Shown: positions 14,591 through 27,441 of the stretch, one piece after another
Layout: the number at the start of each line of letters is the position of its first letter
Position numbering within the stretch: position 1 is the stretch's first letter
Assembly (NCBI GenBank): GCA_030390025.1
Contig: CM059429.1
Span: 96,906,001 to 96,970,000 of the forward strand
DNA length: 64,000 nt
DNA from: Squalus acanthias
Taxonomy: Eukaryota
Reading direction: 5' to 3'
Program-made: the position numbers and the translations under genes
Notes under the pieces: generated by a model
Databases searched by the model: none
Told to the model about the DNA's origin: nothing
The model's input: only the letters and a program-made list of their open reading frames with translations

Positions 14591-15156
14591 ACATAAAAAG
14601 TGAAGGGTAGAAAATAGGTGGGAAGGGGGAGGGGAGTGGATTTGGTGCAGACATGGACTATGTACCACATTTTCAATCCATCCAGCTAAAATAGGAAGAA
14701 GCGGATCGGAGCAGAAAAAAGGCATCATAGTAAAAGCAGCATAAGCAGAAGATAAGAACCATGACTGAGAGGCGGTCACTATAACCAGAGGCAACAATAG
14801 ATATATAAAAGCAAGCGGAGTCATTTAAAGAAAATCTGTAAAATCAAAAAGGCGCTGAAGGTTTACAACCGCCCCCCCTCCCATGTTAAACATTTCAGTT
14901 CAGGCTCTAGGCTCAGTAGTCTTGGAATGAAACAAAATGAACTTCCAAAGTACAGCCAGCTTATTGCCAAAAATGGTTTTACCCTGCAGCAGATTGCTAA
15001 ACTGAAAAATCACTAAAGAAGAAATTCTGCAGAAATGTTTGGCTGCAAGTTACACAAACTTCTTTAAAATGAAACTTGGTACATCTGGTACCCTGTTCCT
15101 TGGGTCCCCCCACTGTATCACCCCCTTAAGGACACTCTTCCCAGCTACATCCCGCT

Positions 15157-16320
15157 GATAAGGTTCCACATGGCAGACTGGTCATGAAGTTAAAAGCCCA
15201 TGGGATCCAGGGCAAAGTGTCAAGTTGGATTCAAAACTGGCTCGGAGGCAGGAAGCAGAGGGTAATGGTTGATGGGTGTTTCTGTGACTGGAAGGCTGTT
15301 TCCAGTGGGGTTCCACAGGGCTCAGTACTAGGTCCCTTGCTTTTTGTGGTATATATCAATGATCTAGACTTGAATATAGGGGGGATGATTAAGAAGTTTG
15401 CAGATGATACTAAAATCGGCTGTGTGGTTGATACTGAAGAAGGAAGCTGTAGACTGCAGGAAGATATCAATAAATTGGTCAGGTGGGCAGAACAGTGGCA
15501 AATGAATTCAATCCGGAGAAGTGTGAGGTAATGCATTTTGGGGAGGACTAACAAGGAAAGGGAATACACATTAAATGGTAGGACACTGAGTAGCATAGAG
15601 GAACAAAGGGACCTTGGAGTGCATGTCCACAGATCCCTGAAGGTAGCAGGCCAGGTAGATAAGGTGGTTAAGAAGGCATACGGAATGCTTGCCTTTATTA
15701 GCCGTGGCATAGAATACAAGAGCAGGGGGGTTATGCTTCAACTGTATAAAACACTAGTTAGCCCTCAGCTAGAGTACTGCGTGCAGTTCTGGTCACCACA
15801 TTACAGGAAAGACGTGATTGCACTAGAGAGGGTACAGAGGGGATTTACAAGGATGTTGCTGGGAGTAAAGAATCTTAGCTATGAGGAAAGACTGGATAGG
15901 CTGGCTCTGTTTTCCTTGGAACAGAGGAGGCTGAGGGGAGACCTTATTGAGGTGTATAAAATTATGAGGGGCCTAGATAAAGTGGATGGAAAGGACCTAT
16001 TTCCCTTAGCAGAGGGGTCAAAAACCAGGGGGCACAGATTTAAAGTAATTGGTGGAAGGTTTAGAGGGGATTTGAGGGGAAATGTCTTCACCCAGAGGGT
16101 TGTGGTGGTCTGGAACTCACTGCCTGAAAGGGTGGTAGAGGCAGAAACCCTAACCACATTTAAAAAGTACTTGGATGTGCACTTGGGATGCTGTAATCTG
16201 CAGGGCTACGGACCAAGAGCTGGGAAGTGGGATTAGGCTGGATAGCTCTTTGTTGGCCGGCGCGGACACGATGGGCCGAAATGGCCTCCTTCCGTGCTGT
16301 AACTTTCTATGATTCTATGA
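15157..16320 (+). mobile_element. CR1 LINE, 5'-truncated
   Basis: GVPQGSVLGP, KFADD, LEYCVQFWSP; (ATTCTATG)n tail. Confidence 0.95.
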
Positions 16321-16415
16321 TAGTCATTTGTTATAACTTCATTTCACATCTCCTTCACTTGGAGGCAGTCTGAGAAGAGCTTAATACTACTGTAACTAAT
16401 CCATACTGTACCTAC

Positions 16416-17113
16416 CAAACACAGTGATGGTCCAGTCTTTGTACACAAGACGCACAGATTCGACAATGTCCTGAACGAGGTGGTCTTACAATCTTGCATA
16501 CAGTACACCAGTCCTTTTTGATATCATTATATCCCGACTGCAGCTTGCCATTATGACAAGACTGATTCAACTTTGTAGATCTGTTCCAGCCCACCTGTTG
16601 AACTTGGTGTACCCATTCAAACTGTACGATGAAATGTTATTTGTCGACGCACCTTCGATTAGAACGCCTCGGTTGTCTGTTCTGAGGTAGCCTGGGTCCT
16701 TCTTGGCTTGTGCTAAACACACTAGTGTCAGCACCAAACCACTAGTCAGCACAATTAAGTGTACAAAGCTAATGCTTCCTTTAGGCATCATTTCAGTCAG
16801 GAATAGATAGTACATGTAGCCCAGAGAAAACAGGGCAAGACTTAGAAAAAATAGAGTGTGCCCTTTCTTCTGATGAGTGATGTAATAGTACCAGAGCACT
16901 AATATTGGCAAGGACGTCAAAACGATAAGTGCCAAGAAGAAATGAAGGGCTGCTATATGAAGGAAGATTGGAAGGAAAACAAGAGGTGGAAGTATTGTGA
17001 TATCAATCTTCTTGGCACCAGTACCTAACAGCCATGGGATCCGCAGGCGGTCAGAAATAGTGTCTGTTACTTTTCCAATGGTCTGTGGACTTATAGATTT
17101 ACCCTTCAAACAC
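16416..17113 (-). CDS. ZDHHC23: ZDHHC23 large coding exon (TM helices and start of the DHHC-CRD), with an apparent 1-nt frameshift at ~16567-16637
   Basis: ORFs 16567..17124 ([12 protein letters not shown]...LWYYYITH...[17 protein letters not shown]...KKDPGYL) and 16412..16594 ([33 protein letters not shown]) are both ZDHHC23-like but in different frames. ttttcag acceptor, TG|GTAGGT donor. Length 698 nt is not a multiple of 3 although the exon is phase 2/2. Confidence 0.93.
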
Positions 17114-17443
17114 CTGAAAATCAAGGCAAAATAGCTTAATTACTCAAAGTTTTTTTTATATAAAAGGGCTTAAATCACTATAAAATAAAAAAGAATTCAA
17201 TTGTCACAAAATACAGTGGAACCTTGATTATCCCCCATAGTGGACGGGACTCCCTGGTCGATCATAGCATTTGGTGGATAATCAAGATACCCGAAATTTC
17301 AGCAGCTGTCAATGAATTTCATGGACCATTTTATTTCAAACTGAGCATTAACAAAACATTAATTATTGCTGGGAATAGTGGAAGTGTGTTATATGTATTC
17401 AAACAGAAATTGTTTAAAACCTGGAGTTCTCCTCCTCGAATTA

Positions 17444-18400
17444 CCGGAGTGGTTTTCCAGTACTTCCCCGGAGCGGAAAAACTACGCCATGTTCTTCGCA
17501 GCCTTCAACATGTCATCGATGACGACGAACACCTTGCTAAGGCCATCCCCACGCCTCCACTACTCGCCTTCAAGCAGCCACCTAACCTCAAAAGTACCAT
17601 CGTTCGCAGCAGATTACCCATCTTTCAGGAGAACAGCAACCACGACACCACACAACCCTGCCACGGCAACCTCTGCAAGACATGCCAGATCATGGACACA
17701 GATACCATCATCACACGTGAGGACACTACCCACCAGGTACATGGTACATACTCATGTGACTCGGCCAACGTTGTCTACCTGATACGTTGCAGTAAAGGAT
17801 GCCCCAGAGCATGGTACATCGGCGAGACCATGCAGACACTGAGAAAACGTATGAACGGACACCGCGCAACAATCGCCAGGCAGGAGGGTTGCCTCCCAGT
17901 CGGGGAACACTTCAGCAGTCAGGGGCATTCAGCCTCGGATCTGCGGGTAAGCGTTCTCCAAGGCGGCCTTCGGGATACACGACAGCGCAAAATCATAGAG
18001 CAGAAACTGATAGCCAAGTTCCGCACTCATGAGGATGGCCTCAATCGCGATATCGGGTTCATGTCACGATACAGAACGTGACTTGACATCATGGCCGGTC
18101 TTTCCAGCTTTTTTTTTTAAAAAAACGAACACAAGAACCAAACTCAACTGCAGAGGATATGCAGCCAGCAGGTGTTTTGACACGTTGGACCCCCTGGGAT
18201 ACATCTCATTGTCTTGGCTGTGCTCTTAGTGTGTCTTTGATGTAGGGAAAGATTTGAATACATTTTTTCTGTGTTTATATTGTGAATTCTGGGAGATTCT
18301 CTCACAGCTACTCTACCTGAGGAAGGGGCGACAGCTCCGAAAGCTTGTAATTTTAAATAAATCTGTTGGACTATAACCTGGTGTTGTGCGACTTCTCATT
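17444..18400 (+). mobile_element. Penelope-like element, 3' part: GIY-YIG endonuclease and pseudo-LTR
   Basis: ORF 17224..18081 contains CxxxxCxxC, NVVYLIRC..YIGET...RMNGHR...VGEHF and GLNRD. A hammerhead core follows at 18314-18349. Confidence 0.92.
18314..18349 (+). ncRNA. Minimal type-I hammerhead ribozyme (Penelope family A)
   Basis: TAC-CTGAGGA-aggggc gaca gctcc-GAAA-GCTT-GTA: catalytic core, helix II, palindromic AAGCTT helix III. Confidence 0.7.
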
Positions 18401-18410
18401 GTTTTCCAAA

Positions 18411-18584
18411 GGAGTGACTGTTGCCAACGAGCTGAAGCTGCGCAGAAGCATACTGCGCATATTTTCCCTCACAGCCCGCTCCCTCCCGACATTTCAATTT
18501 TTTTTTAAAACGAACCTGCTCCCGTGACCAATCGGCAGCGCGCATGCGCAGTCCGCTTCCGGTCCGTTGGCAACAGTCACGTCC
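18411..18584. mobile_element. 174-bp MITE with ~20-bp TIR and 8-bp TSD
   Basis: TIR GGA(C)GTGACTGTTGCCAACG at both ends; TTTCCAAA at 18403-18410 and 18585-18592. Confidence 0.8.
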
Positions 18585-18759
18585 TTTCCAAAATGCATGT
18601 GAAGATTTTCATGCTAATTTGGGCTATAAATCGATAACCAAACTGATTAAAACAGCTTCAATTGCAGTAAAAAATTAATCAGAATGTAACTATATTAGCC
18701 TAGAAATCTAGTTACATTGAATTACGTCCATTACTCTATAAAAATATTTATGTAGCAAC

Positions 18760-19897
18760 AAAGGTCCTTTTGATAATCTTTTAGCTGCAAATTAGTATAC
18801 TGCAAAAAATAAAAGGGCATGGAATTGGAGGTAATCTTGTGACATGGGTTGGGAGGTAGGAAAGAGAGAGTAGGGAATGTACTCCAATTGGTGTGATGTG
18901 ACAAGTGATGTTTCCCAGGGATCTGTACTGGGGCCACAGCCTTTCATCATATACATCAATGACTTGGATGAAGGAATAGAGAGTTGTATATCCAAGTTTG
19001 CAGATGACACGAAGTTAGGAGGCGCAGTAAGTTGTGTGGATGGGAACAGGAAGTTAAAAATGGACAAAGACAGACTATGTGAGTGGGCAGAATTTAGGCA
19101 GGTGGAGTTCAATGTGGGGAAGTGTGAGGTCATCCACTTTGGATCAGAGAAAGACATATTGGAATATTTTCTCAATGGTTAGAGCCTAGGAGCTGTGGCG
19201 GACCAAGGGGATTTAGGTGTCCATGTACACAAATCATGAAAAACTAGTGCACAGGTACAAAAGTAATCAAAAAAGCTAATGGAATGTTGGTCCTTATCTC
19301 AAGGGGGCTGGAATTCAAAGTGAGGAAGTGATGCTTCAGTTGTACAGAGCGTTGGTCAGACCCCACCTGGAGCACTGCGCTCAGTTTTGGGCACTGAATC
19401 TCAGGAAAGATATATTGGACTTGGAAGGGATACAGCACAGATTCACCAGAACGATACCAGGACTTAAAGGATTAAATTATGAGGACAGATTGCATAAACT
19501 TAGCTTGGATCCCTTGAGTTTAGAAGGTTGATGGGGTATTGAGGTATTTAAAATTATTAAGGGATTCGATAAAGTATATGCAGAGAAACTATTTCCTCTG
19601 GTGGGAGAATCCAGGCCAAGAGGGTATAATCTTATAATTAGAGCTCGGCCATTCAGGAGTGAAATCAGGAAGCACTTTTTCCATACAAAGGGTAGTGGAA
19701 ATCTGGAACTCACTCCCCCCAAAAGGCTGTGAATCCTGTGTCAATTGAAATTTTAAAGGCTGAGATTGCTGGATTTTCGTTAGGTAAGGGTATCAAGAGA
19801 TATGGATCCAAGATGGGTAAATGGAGTTGAGGTACAGATCAGTCATGATCTAATTGAATGGCAGAGCAGGCTCGAGGGACTGAATGGTTCCTATTAT
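18760..19897 (+). mobile_element. CR1 LINE, degenerate
   Basis: [29 protein letters not shown] frames. Confidence 0.9.
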
Positions 19898-20074
19898 GAT
19901 ATTGGGGTTTAAAGGTATTCCAACAGCAGCAAAACTTCTGTGCAAAGCTAGAAAAAAAAACTACAGATTATATCCTCTTACAATATTGACCAGAATGTAG
20001 CAGAAGAAGGAAAAGCAATAGTGTTTTATGCCCCACAGTTTGAATGTCACAGATTGGATTTCCCACCGACACAT

Positions 20075-20843
20075 CAACAACAACAACGACGTGTATTTAT
20101 ATAGCGCCTTTAACATAGTAAAACGTCCCAAGGTGCTTCACAGGAGTATTAAAAGACAAAAAATTTGACATCAAGCCAGATAAGGAGAAATTAGGGCAGG
20201 TGACCAAAAGCTTGGTCGAAGAGGTAGGTTTTAAGGAGCGTCTCAAAGGAGGAAAGAGAGCTAGCGAGGTGGACAGGTTTAGACAGGGAATTCCAGAGCT
20301 CAAGGCCTCGGCAACAGAAGGCACGGCCACCAATGGTTGAGCGATTATAATCAGGGATGCTCAAAAGGGCAGAATTAGAGGAGCACAGATATCTCGGAGG
20401 GGGGGGGGGGGGCGGTTGTGGGGCTGAAGGAGATTACAGAGATAGGGAGGGGCGAGGCCATGGAGGGATTTGAAAACAAGGATGAGAATTTTGAAATCAA
20501 GGCGTTGCTTAACCAGGAGCCAATGTAGGTCAGCGAGCACAGGGGTGATGGGTGAACGGGACTTGGTGCGAGTTAGGACACAGACAGTCGAGTTTTGGAT
20601 GGCTTCAAGTTTACGTAGGGTGGAATGTGGGAGGCCAGCCAGGAGTGCGTTGGAATAGTCAAGTCTAGAGGTAACAAAGGCATGGATGAGGGTTTCAGCA
20701 GCAGATGAGCTGAGGCAGGGGCAGAGATGGGCAATGTTACAGAGGTGGAAATAGGCAGTCTTAGTTATGCTGCGGACATGTGGTCGGAAGCTCATTTCAC
20801 GGTCAAATATGACACCAAGGTTGCGAACAGTGTGGTTCAGGAC
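20075..20843 (-). mobile_element. L2-clade LINE 3' fragment
   Basis: VRNLGVIFD...[19 protein letters not shown] (ORF 20361..21005). Confidence 0.92.
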
Positions 20844-22469
20844 ATAGGAGTCAAGGACTGTTTGTAAACAAACTTTAAAGCTAGAGTTCCAAGGGCTAAG
20901 CTCAAATGGAGCTTCACCAGGCATCTTAGTAAAAGAAATGCAAGCTGAACCTTGTCTGCCAATCACTAATGGTACTAGAACTCTAATGATGTATAATGAT
21001 GACATATTTTTAAATTATATACACACACGATCCTTAGTTTTTTCTATTTCTTTTTCACTTGATACAATTTCTGTTCTTTTTATAATATTTACACTAAAAG
21101 AAAACTAGACCTCTTTTTGAAAATGTTTCGTGAAATTGAGCAACAATAAAGTGCATCACTGCAGAGGTCACATCCTACAGAAGTCAGCACTGACAATTCA
21201 TTTACCACGAAGCACCCTTAAAACAAGACTTGCAGAAAGTTCTAGATTTTCACTGCGCATTATTAAATTATAAATGTATTTACACAATGCAAGTTTGAAA
21301 ACTCTGCTTCTTGCCAGTTGAATTGTGCAAAACCCAGTTTTATTTAAAATGAATAGAACAGTAAGGAGTATTCTAGTTATTTTTCTTCAGAAAGTTGGAC
21401 ATTCTTATAGAAGGGTTTCACTCAAAGTATTCTAACTATTTCAGGGGAGTTACAAGGCTGTAATCCAGTGAAATGGCACAAATTGCATTAACCGTGAGAG
21501 TAAAACTTGAGCAATTTACAAACCTCATCTCCAATCAAAATAAGGTTGCCATCTAAATCACCAAGATATTAATTAGCACAGATGTTTTTAAACCAGGCTC
21601 ATTCACCACTATAATGTAGAAGATAATGTTTGCATTATCCACAGCAGATTCCCATAACAATACACCTTAATGGGAATGGGATTAATATTGGTCATTATTT
21701 ATTAAAATGGAGAGGTGATCAGTATACTCAAAGGGGATACATTAATGTACTCTTAATACAATTACACAAGAGATAGTATCATTTTATAACCAAAATCAAT
21801 ATTCACATAAACCATCTGCTTTCCTGGAATGTTACTTTACATACATCGATAACTTAAACTATTTGAAAATAAAAAGTTAGTAATCCAATTTAAACAGTGG
21901 CTGCTTAATGGACTTAGCAATGCATTAAAATAGGAGGTGCAATACTTCTGGTTACATTATCTTTATTTGCACTGAAAGTTATTTTGCCTTAGGCAACAGT
22001 AAAATGCTAAGCTTTTGCACCACAAAGAGGAAGAATAAAGTTTTAAGTTACATTTTAAAGTCAAGCGACTTTGAAGATCATTTAAAACTGATTTTTCTTC
22101 TGTCTGGGTTTTCACTTTTATTAGATAAAAATTGAATCTAAAAACAGAACTTGAGTTGGGTACTCTGTGGCAAAAATGAAGGCATTAGACCCTTCAGCAT
22201 CTAGTGACGAAGACCTGAGTACAACCGATCTAAAAATCCTGTAAGAAGAGCAGGTCTTCTGTCACATTGCAGGATCTTTTTGAGCATTCTGTTCTTCGCG
22301 GGAAGAATTTTGGGACTGAATTATGTTTACGGGTTGTCTTTTAAAGCACAGTGAATTCACACAAGCTTAAAAAGAAAAAAAAAGTCACAGGCTACAGGTA
22401 TTGCAGAACGTGTATTGAAGCCAGACAAGCCAGTTTGGGGGACGTCACAACTCTGTCTTATTTTAAACT

Positions 22470-22688
22470 GAAGTCGCACAACACCAGGTTATAGTCCAAC
22501 AGATTTATTTAAAATTACAAGCTTTCGGAGCTATCGATCGCCCCTTCTTCAGGTAAAGTTACTACCTGAAGAAGGGGCGATCGATAGCTCCGAAAGCTTG
22601 TAATTTTAAATAAATCTGTTGGACTATAACCTGGTGTTGTGCAACTTCTCATTTTTGTCCACCCCAGTCCAACGCCGGCATCTCCGCA
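22470..22688. mobile_element. Penelope family-A pseudo-LTR inserted as a near-perfect hairpin with two opposed hammerheads
   Basis: Arms 22470-22555 and 22563-22648. Hammerhead cores at 22516-22555 (-) and 22563-22602 (+). 12-bp TSD TTATTTTAAACT. Confidence 0.88.
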
Positions 22689-22796
22689 TTATTTTAAACT
22701 TATAGAGGATCGTCCCAGACCTATTCCCCAGGACAGGTCAAGGGCGTTAAGCAATTCATCATCTTCTTGCAAGTGGCAAACTAATATTCACACCCG

Positions 22797-23300
22797 ATAC
22801 GATAGCAAAATACTGCGGATGCTGGAAATCCGAAATAATAACAGAAAATGCTGGAAAAACTCAGCAAGCCAGGCAACATCCGTGGAGAGAGAAACAGAGT
22901 TAATGTTTCAGGTCGAAGACCCTTCGTCAGAACTGAGAAAAAAGCAGGAAATGAAACAGAGATGCTCAAGGCAAGACTAGATGGTAATAGGACAGGTTAA
23001 GAAACAAAAGATGGAACAAGGTTGAAGAGCCAAACGGAGATCCCGTCGATGAGAAGAGCAGAACTTCTTCAGGTGGGCATACCTAGAAGAGAAGTGGCAG
23101 TGAATCAAACACTGATACAATAGCAAAATACTGCCGGATGCTGGAAAACTGAAATAACAACAGAAAACGCTGGAAAAACTCAGCAGGCCAGGCAACATCC
23201 GTGGAGAGAGAAACAGAATTAACGTTTCAGGTCGAAGACCCTTCGTCAGAACTGAGAAAAAAAGCAGGAAATGAAACAGATTTGCTCAAGGCAAGACAAA
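22797..23300 (-). mobile_element. Two tandem copies of Penelope family-B pseudo-LTR, each with a hammerhead motif
   Basis: Direct repeats ~22797-22978 and ~23114-23297. Minus-strand AGTT-CTGACGA-agggtcttcgacct-GAAA at 22898-22934 and 23217-23253. Confidence 0.8.
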
Positions 23301-23389
23301 TTTGCTTTGACTGTAACTCTATATTAATTTGTTGTCTGTGAAGTAAAGTAGCTTACCAATTCGCGTCTGGCTTTTCTCACTTACACGTT

Positions 23390-25560
23390 TCAGTCTGCCT
23401 CCCTCCCTTCCCCTAGCCCACCACTTCCTCTCCGTTTCCCCCTGCCCTAACACTAAATTTGCATATTTCTCTAATTTCTCTCCCATCTCCCCTCTTGCCC
23501 TTTCAAAGCTCATCTTGTCAATGAGACCGACCTCCTGCTCTCTCGCCCCTATTCCTACTAAACTGCTGACCACCCAACTTCCCTTCCTGGCTCCCATGTT
23601 AGCAGACATTGTTAACTGTTCTCTCTCCTCCGGTATTGTCCCCTTTCCTTCAAATCTGCCGTCATCACCCCCTCCTCAAAAGACCAACCCCTGACCCCCT
23701 CCTTCCTTGCAAATTATCGCCCCATCTCCAACTTCCCTTTCCTCTCCAAAGTTCTTGAACGTGTTGTCGCCTCCCAAATCCGTGCCCATCTTTCCCAGAA
23801 CTCCTTGTTTGAATCCCTCCAAATCAGGTTTCCGCCCCTACCACAGTACTGAAACTGCTCTTACCAAGGTCACAAATAACATCTCAATTGAGTGTGACAA
23901 AGGTAATCTATCCCTCCTCATCCTTCTGGACCTGTCTGCAGCCTTTGACACAGTTGACCACAAAACTCTGCTCCAACGCCTCTCCACCATTGTCCAGCTG
24001 GACGGGACTGCACTCGCCTGGTTTCATTCCCATCTTTCCAGCCGTAACCAGTGAATCACTTGCAATGGCTCCTCTTCTCGATCCCGCACTGTCACCTCTG
24101 GTGTCTCACAAGGATCTATCCTTGGCCCCCCTCCTATTTCTCATCTACACGCTGCCCCTCGGTAACATTACCCGGTGACACAGCATGAGTTTTTACACGT
24201 ACGTTGATGATACCCAGCTCTACTTCACCTCCACCGTCTCTATACTGTCAGACTGTTTGTCCGACATCCAGCACTGGGTGAGTAGAAATTTCCTCCAATT
24301 AAATATCGGGAAGACCGAAGCCATTGTCTTCGGTTCACACCACAAACGCCGTTCCCTTTCCACTGATTCGATCTCTCTCCCCGGCAACTGTCTAAGGCTG
24401 ACCAGGTCTGTTCGCAACCTTGGTGTCATATTTGATCACAAATTGAGCTTCCTACCTCATATCCGTTCTATCACTGAGACTGCCCATTTCCACCTTTGTA
24501 GTATCGCCCGTCTCGGCCCTTACCTCAACTTAAGGGCAACACGGTGGCATAGTGGTTAGCACTGGTGCCTCACAGCGCCAGGGACCTGGGTTCGAATCTG
24601 ACCTCGGGTGACTGTCTGTGTGGAGTTTGCACATTCTCCCCGTGTCTGCGTGGGTTTCCTCCGGGTGCTCCGGTTTCCTCCCACAGTCCAAAAATGTGCG
24701 GGTTAGGTTGATTTGGCTATGATAAATTAACCCTTAGTGTTAGGGGGGGATTAAATATGTGGGGTTATGGGGATATGTTAGGGGGAATTAAATACATGGG
24801 GCTACGGGGGTAGGGTGGGATATGTGTACTGTGGGAATTAAAGCAGGGACAGGGTACTGGACTTGGATGATCAGCCATGATCGTATTGAATGGTGGAGCA
24901 GGCTCGACGGGCCGAATGGCCTACTCCTGCTCCTAGATTCTATGTTTCTATGTTATCTCCTGCTGAAACCCTCATCCATGCCTTTATCACCCCTTGACTT
25001 GACTATTCCAATGCACTCCTGGCCGACCTCCCTAGTTCTACCCTCCATAAACTTGAAGTCATCTAAAACTCTGCCGCCCATGTGCTAACTCGTACCAAGT
25101 CCTGCTCACCCATCTCCCCTGTGCTCGCTGACCTATATTGGCTCCCAGTTAAGCAACACCTCAATTTTTAAATTCTCATCCTTGTTTTCAAATCCCTCCA
25201 TGGCCTCACCCCTTCTTATCTCTAATCTCCTCCAGTCCTATAATCCCCCTAGACCTCTGTGCTCCGCCTATTCTGGCCTTTTGAACATCTTTGATTTTAA
25301 TCGCTCCACCATTGGCGGTCGTGCCTTCAGCTGCCTGGGTCCTAAGCTCTGGAATTCCCTCCCTAAATCTCTCTGCCTTTCCACTTCTCTTTCCTCCTTT
25401 AAGACGCTCCTTAAAACCTACCTCTTCGACCAAGCTTTTGGTCACCTGCCCTAATATCTCCTTATGTGGCTCGGTGTCAATTTTTTTTATAACTCTCCTG
25501 TGAAGCGCCTTGGGACGTTTTACTACGTTAAAGGCACTATATAAATATAAATTGTTGTTG
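23390..25560 (+). mobile_element. L2-clade LINE, degenerate, split by the V-SINE
   Basis: [42 protein letters not shown]...LKTYLF; tail ttgttgttg. Confidence 0.92.
24534..24952 (+). mobile_element. V-SINE (HE1-like) inserted in an L2
   Basis: tRNA head ggtggcatagtggttagcac...ggttcgaatc, V-domain tgtggagtttgcacattctccccgtgtctgcgtgggtttcctccgggtgctccggtttcctcccaca, CR1-type 3' tail. Confidence 0.9.
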
Positions 25561-26004
25561 CCCTCAAATAGGTTGGAGAAGGTCTCGTGAAGGCACCTGC
25601 AAAAGTCACAATATCCAGTTCAGATCATAAGTGGGTCCTGTCGTTACACCCTGGGTTATACTATCATATAATTAGATATTGGGCAGCATGAGCACTCTAC
25701 TGAACACAAGACATTTAGTCCATTTAAGGGAGTAATCAGCACTGCTATACCCAAGAGAATACCCAAGGCTGACGTGAAACTTGTAGCACCTTCTTTAACA
25801 CTTAAGAGGAAAATTCTATCATTTATGAGCAATTTTAGTTATGTTCAAAAAAATATTCCATTTTTTAAGGTCAAAATGGCATTCTGGTTAAACGACTATT
25901 TCATTGGAATTGAAATAGTTTCATCAGTACTAGTTGTGAACTCAATATAATTCTCACTGCATAGCAAAGGGACAAATTGATATTAAAACATTAAGTAACA
26001 TGCC

Positions 26005-26972
26005 ATGACTTGGATGAAGGGACCGAGTGCAATGTAGCCAAGTTTGCAGATGATACAAAGATGGGTGGGAAAGCAAGTTGTGCAGAGGACTCAAAGAATC
26101 TGCAAAGGGATATAGACAGGCTAACTGAGTGGGCAAACATCTGGCAGATGGAGTATAATGTGGGAAAGTACGAAGTTATCCACTTTGGCAGGAAAAATAA
26201 AAAAGCAAATTATTATTTAAATGCAGAGAGATTACAAAATGCTACAGTTCAGAGGGACCTGGGGGTCCTTGTGCATGAAACACAAAAAGTTAGCATGCTG
26301 GTACAGCAAGTAATTAAAAAGGCAAATGGAATGCTGGCCTTCATTGCAAGGGGGTTGGAGTATAAAAGCAGGGAAGTCCTGCTACAACTGTACAGGGTAT
26401 TGGTGAGACCACACCTTGAGTACTGCGTACAGTTTTGGTCTCCTTATTTAAGGAAGGATATACTTGCATTGGAGGCAGTTCAGAGATGATTCACTAGGTT
26501 AATTCCAGAGATGAGGGGTTTGACTTATGAAGAAAGGTTGAGCAGGTTGGGCCTATACTCATTGGAATTTAGAAGAATGAGAGGTGATCTTATTGATACA
26601 TATAAGATACTGAGGGGGCTCGACAAGGTAGATGCAGAGAGGATGTTTCCCCTCATGGGGAAATCTCGAACTCGGGGGCATAGTTTCAGAATAAAGGGTC
26701 GCCCTTTTAGAACTGAGATGAGGAGGAATTTCTTCTCTCAGAGGGTCGTAAATCTGTGGAATTCTCTGCCCCAGAGAGCCACGGAGGCTGGGTCATTAAA
26801 TATATTTAAAGTGGAGATAGACAGATTTTTGCAAGATAAGGGGTGAAGGGTTATGGGGAGCGGGCGGGGAAGTGGCTCTGAGCCCAAGATCAGCCATGAT
26901 CTCATTGAATGGCGGAGCAGGCTCGAGGGGCCAAGTGGCCTATTCCTGCTCCTATTTCTTCTGTTCTTATGA
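26005..26972 (+). mobile_element. CR1 LINE, 5'-truncated
   Basis: ORFs 26010..26489 and 26511..26846. Confidence 0.95.
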
Positions 26973-27441
26973 CTCTGTAAAGGCTGTCCCTAGCCATAGG
27001 CTCATATTTCAGAAACCTTCAAATATTTAGGACATTGAATTTTAAGCAAGCAAATTTAGATTTAGACTTCCAGAACAGTCAATAAAGAAGGGAAATGGGG
27101 AAGTGATCATTCGTACTATTAAATACCCGGCTTGTTATTATGTGTCTGTACTTTTCAAATAAAAGAACTTTCTAGGTTTAATTCTGCTGGTCCAAATCAA
27201 AGCTTGTTCATTTAAAGTCTATTTAGGACTGAATTCACAGCTGGGGCAGGGCAAATTAACTACAGAATTTACTGCACTTGTAATCCATAGCAGCTATCAG
27301 GGCATGATGTCACCCTCATCAGGGCTTGTCATAACTTTCTTCAAAGGTGAAAGGAAGAGACTTTAAGCTGCTTGCTTTAGCCCGGTATAATCCATTACCT
27401 AATATTAAAGACGGATATGGTACAGTAAGATTATCTCTGAC

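Noticed and set aside
16567-16637. Programmed -1 ribosomal frameshift, selenocysteine or read-through in ZDHHC23
   Set aside because: No slippery heptamer seen. Reading through the TGA stays in the wrong frame, and the CAG|GTGGG...CAG micro-intron candidates are multiples of 3.
17224-17443. N-terminal part of the 285-aa ORF as part of the endonuclease
   Set aside because: Penelope similarity starts only at ~17444; the upstream part is unrelated flank (possibly a Tigger-like remnant) that happens to be open.
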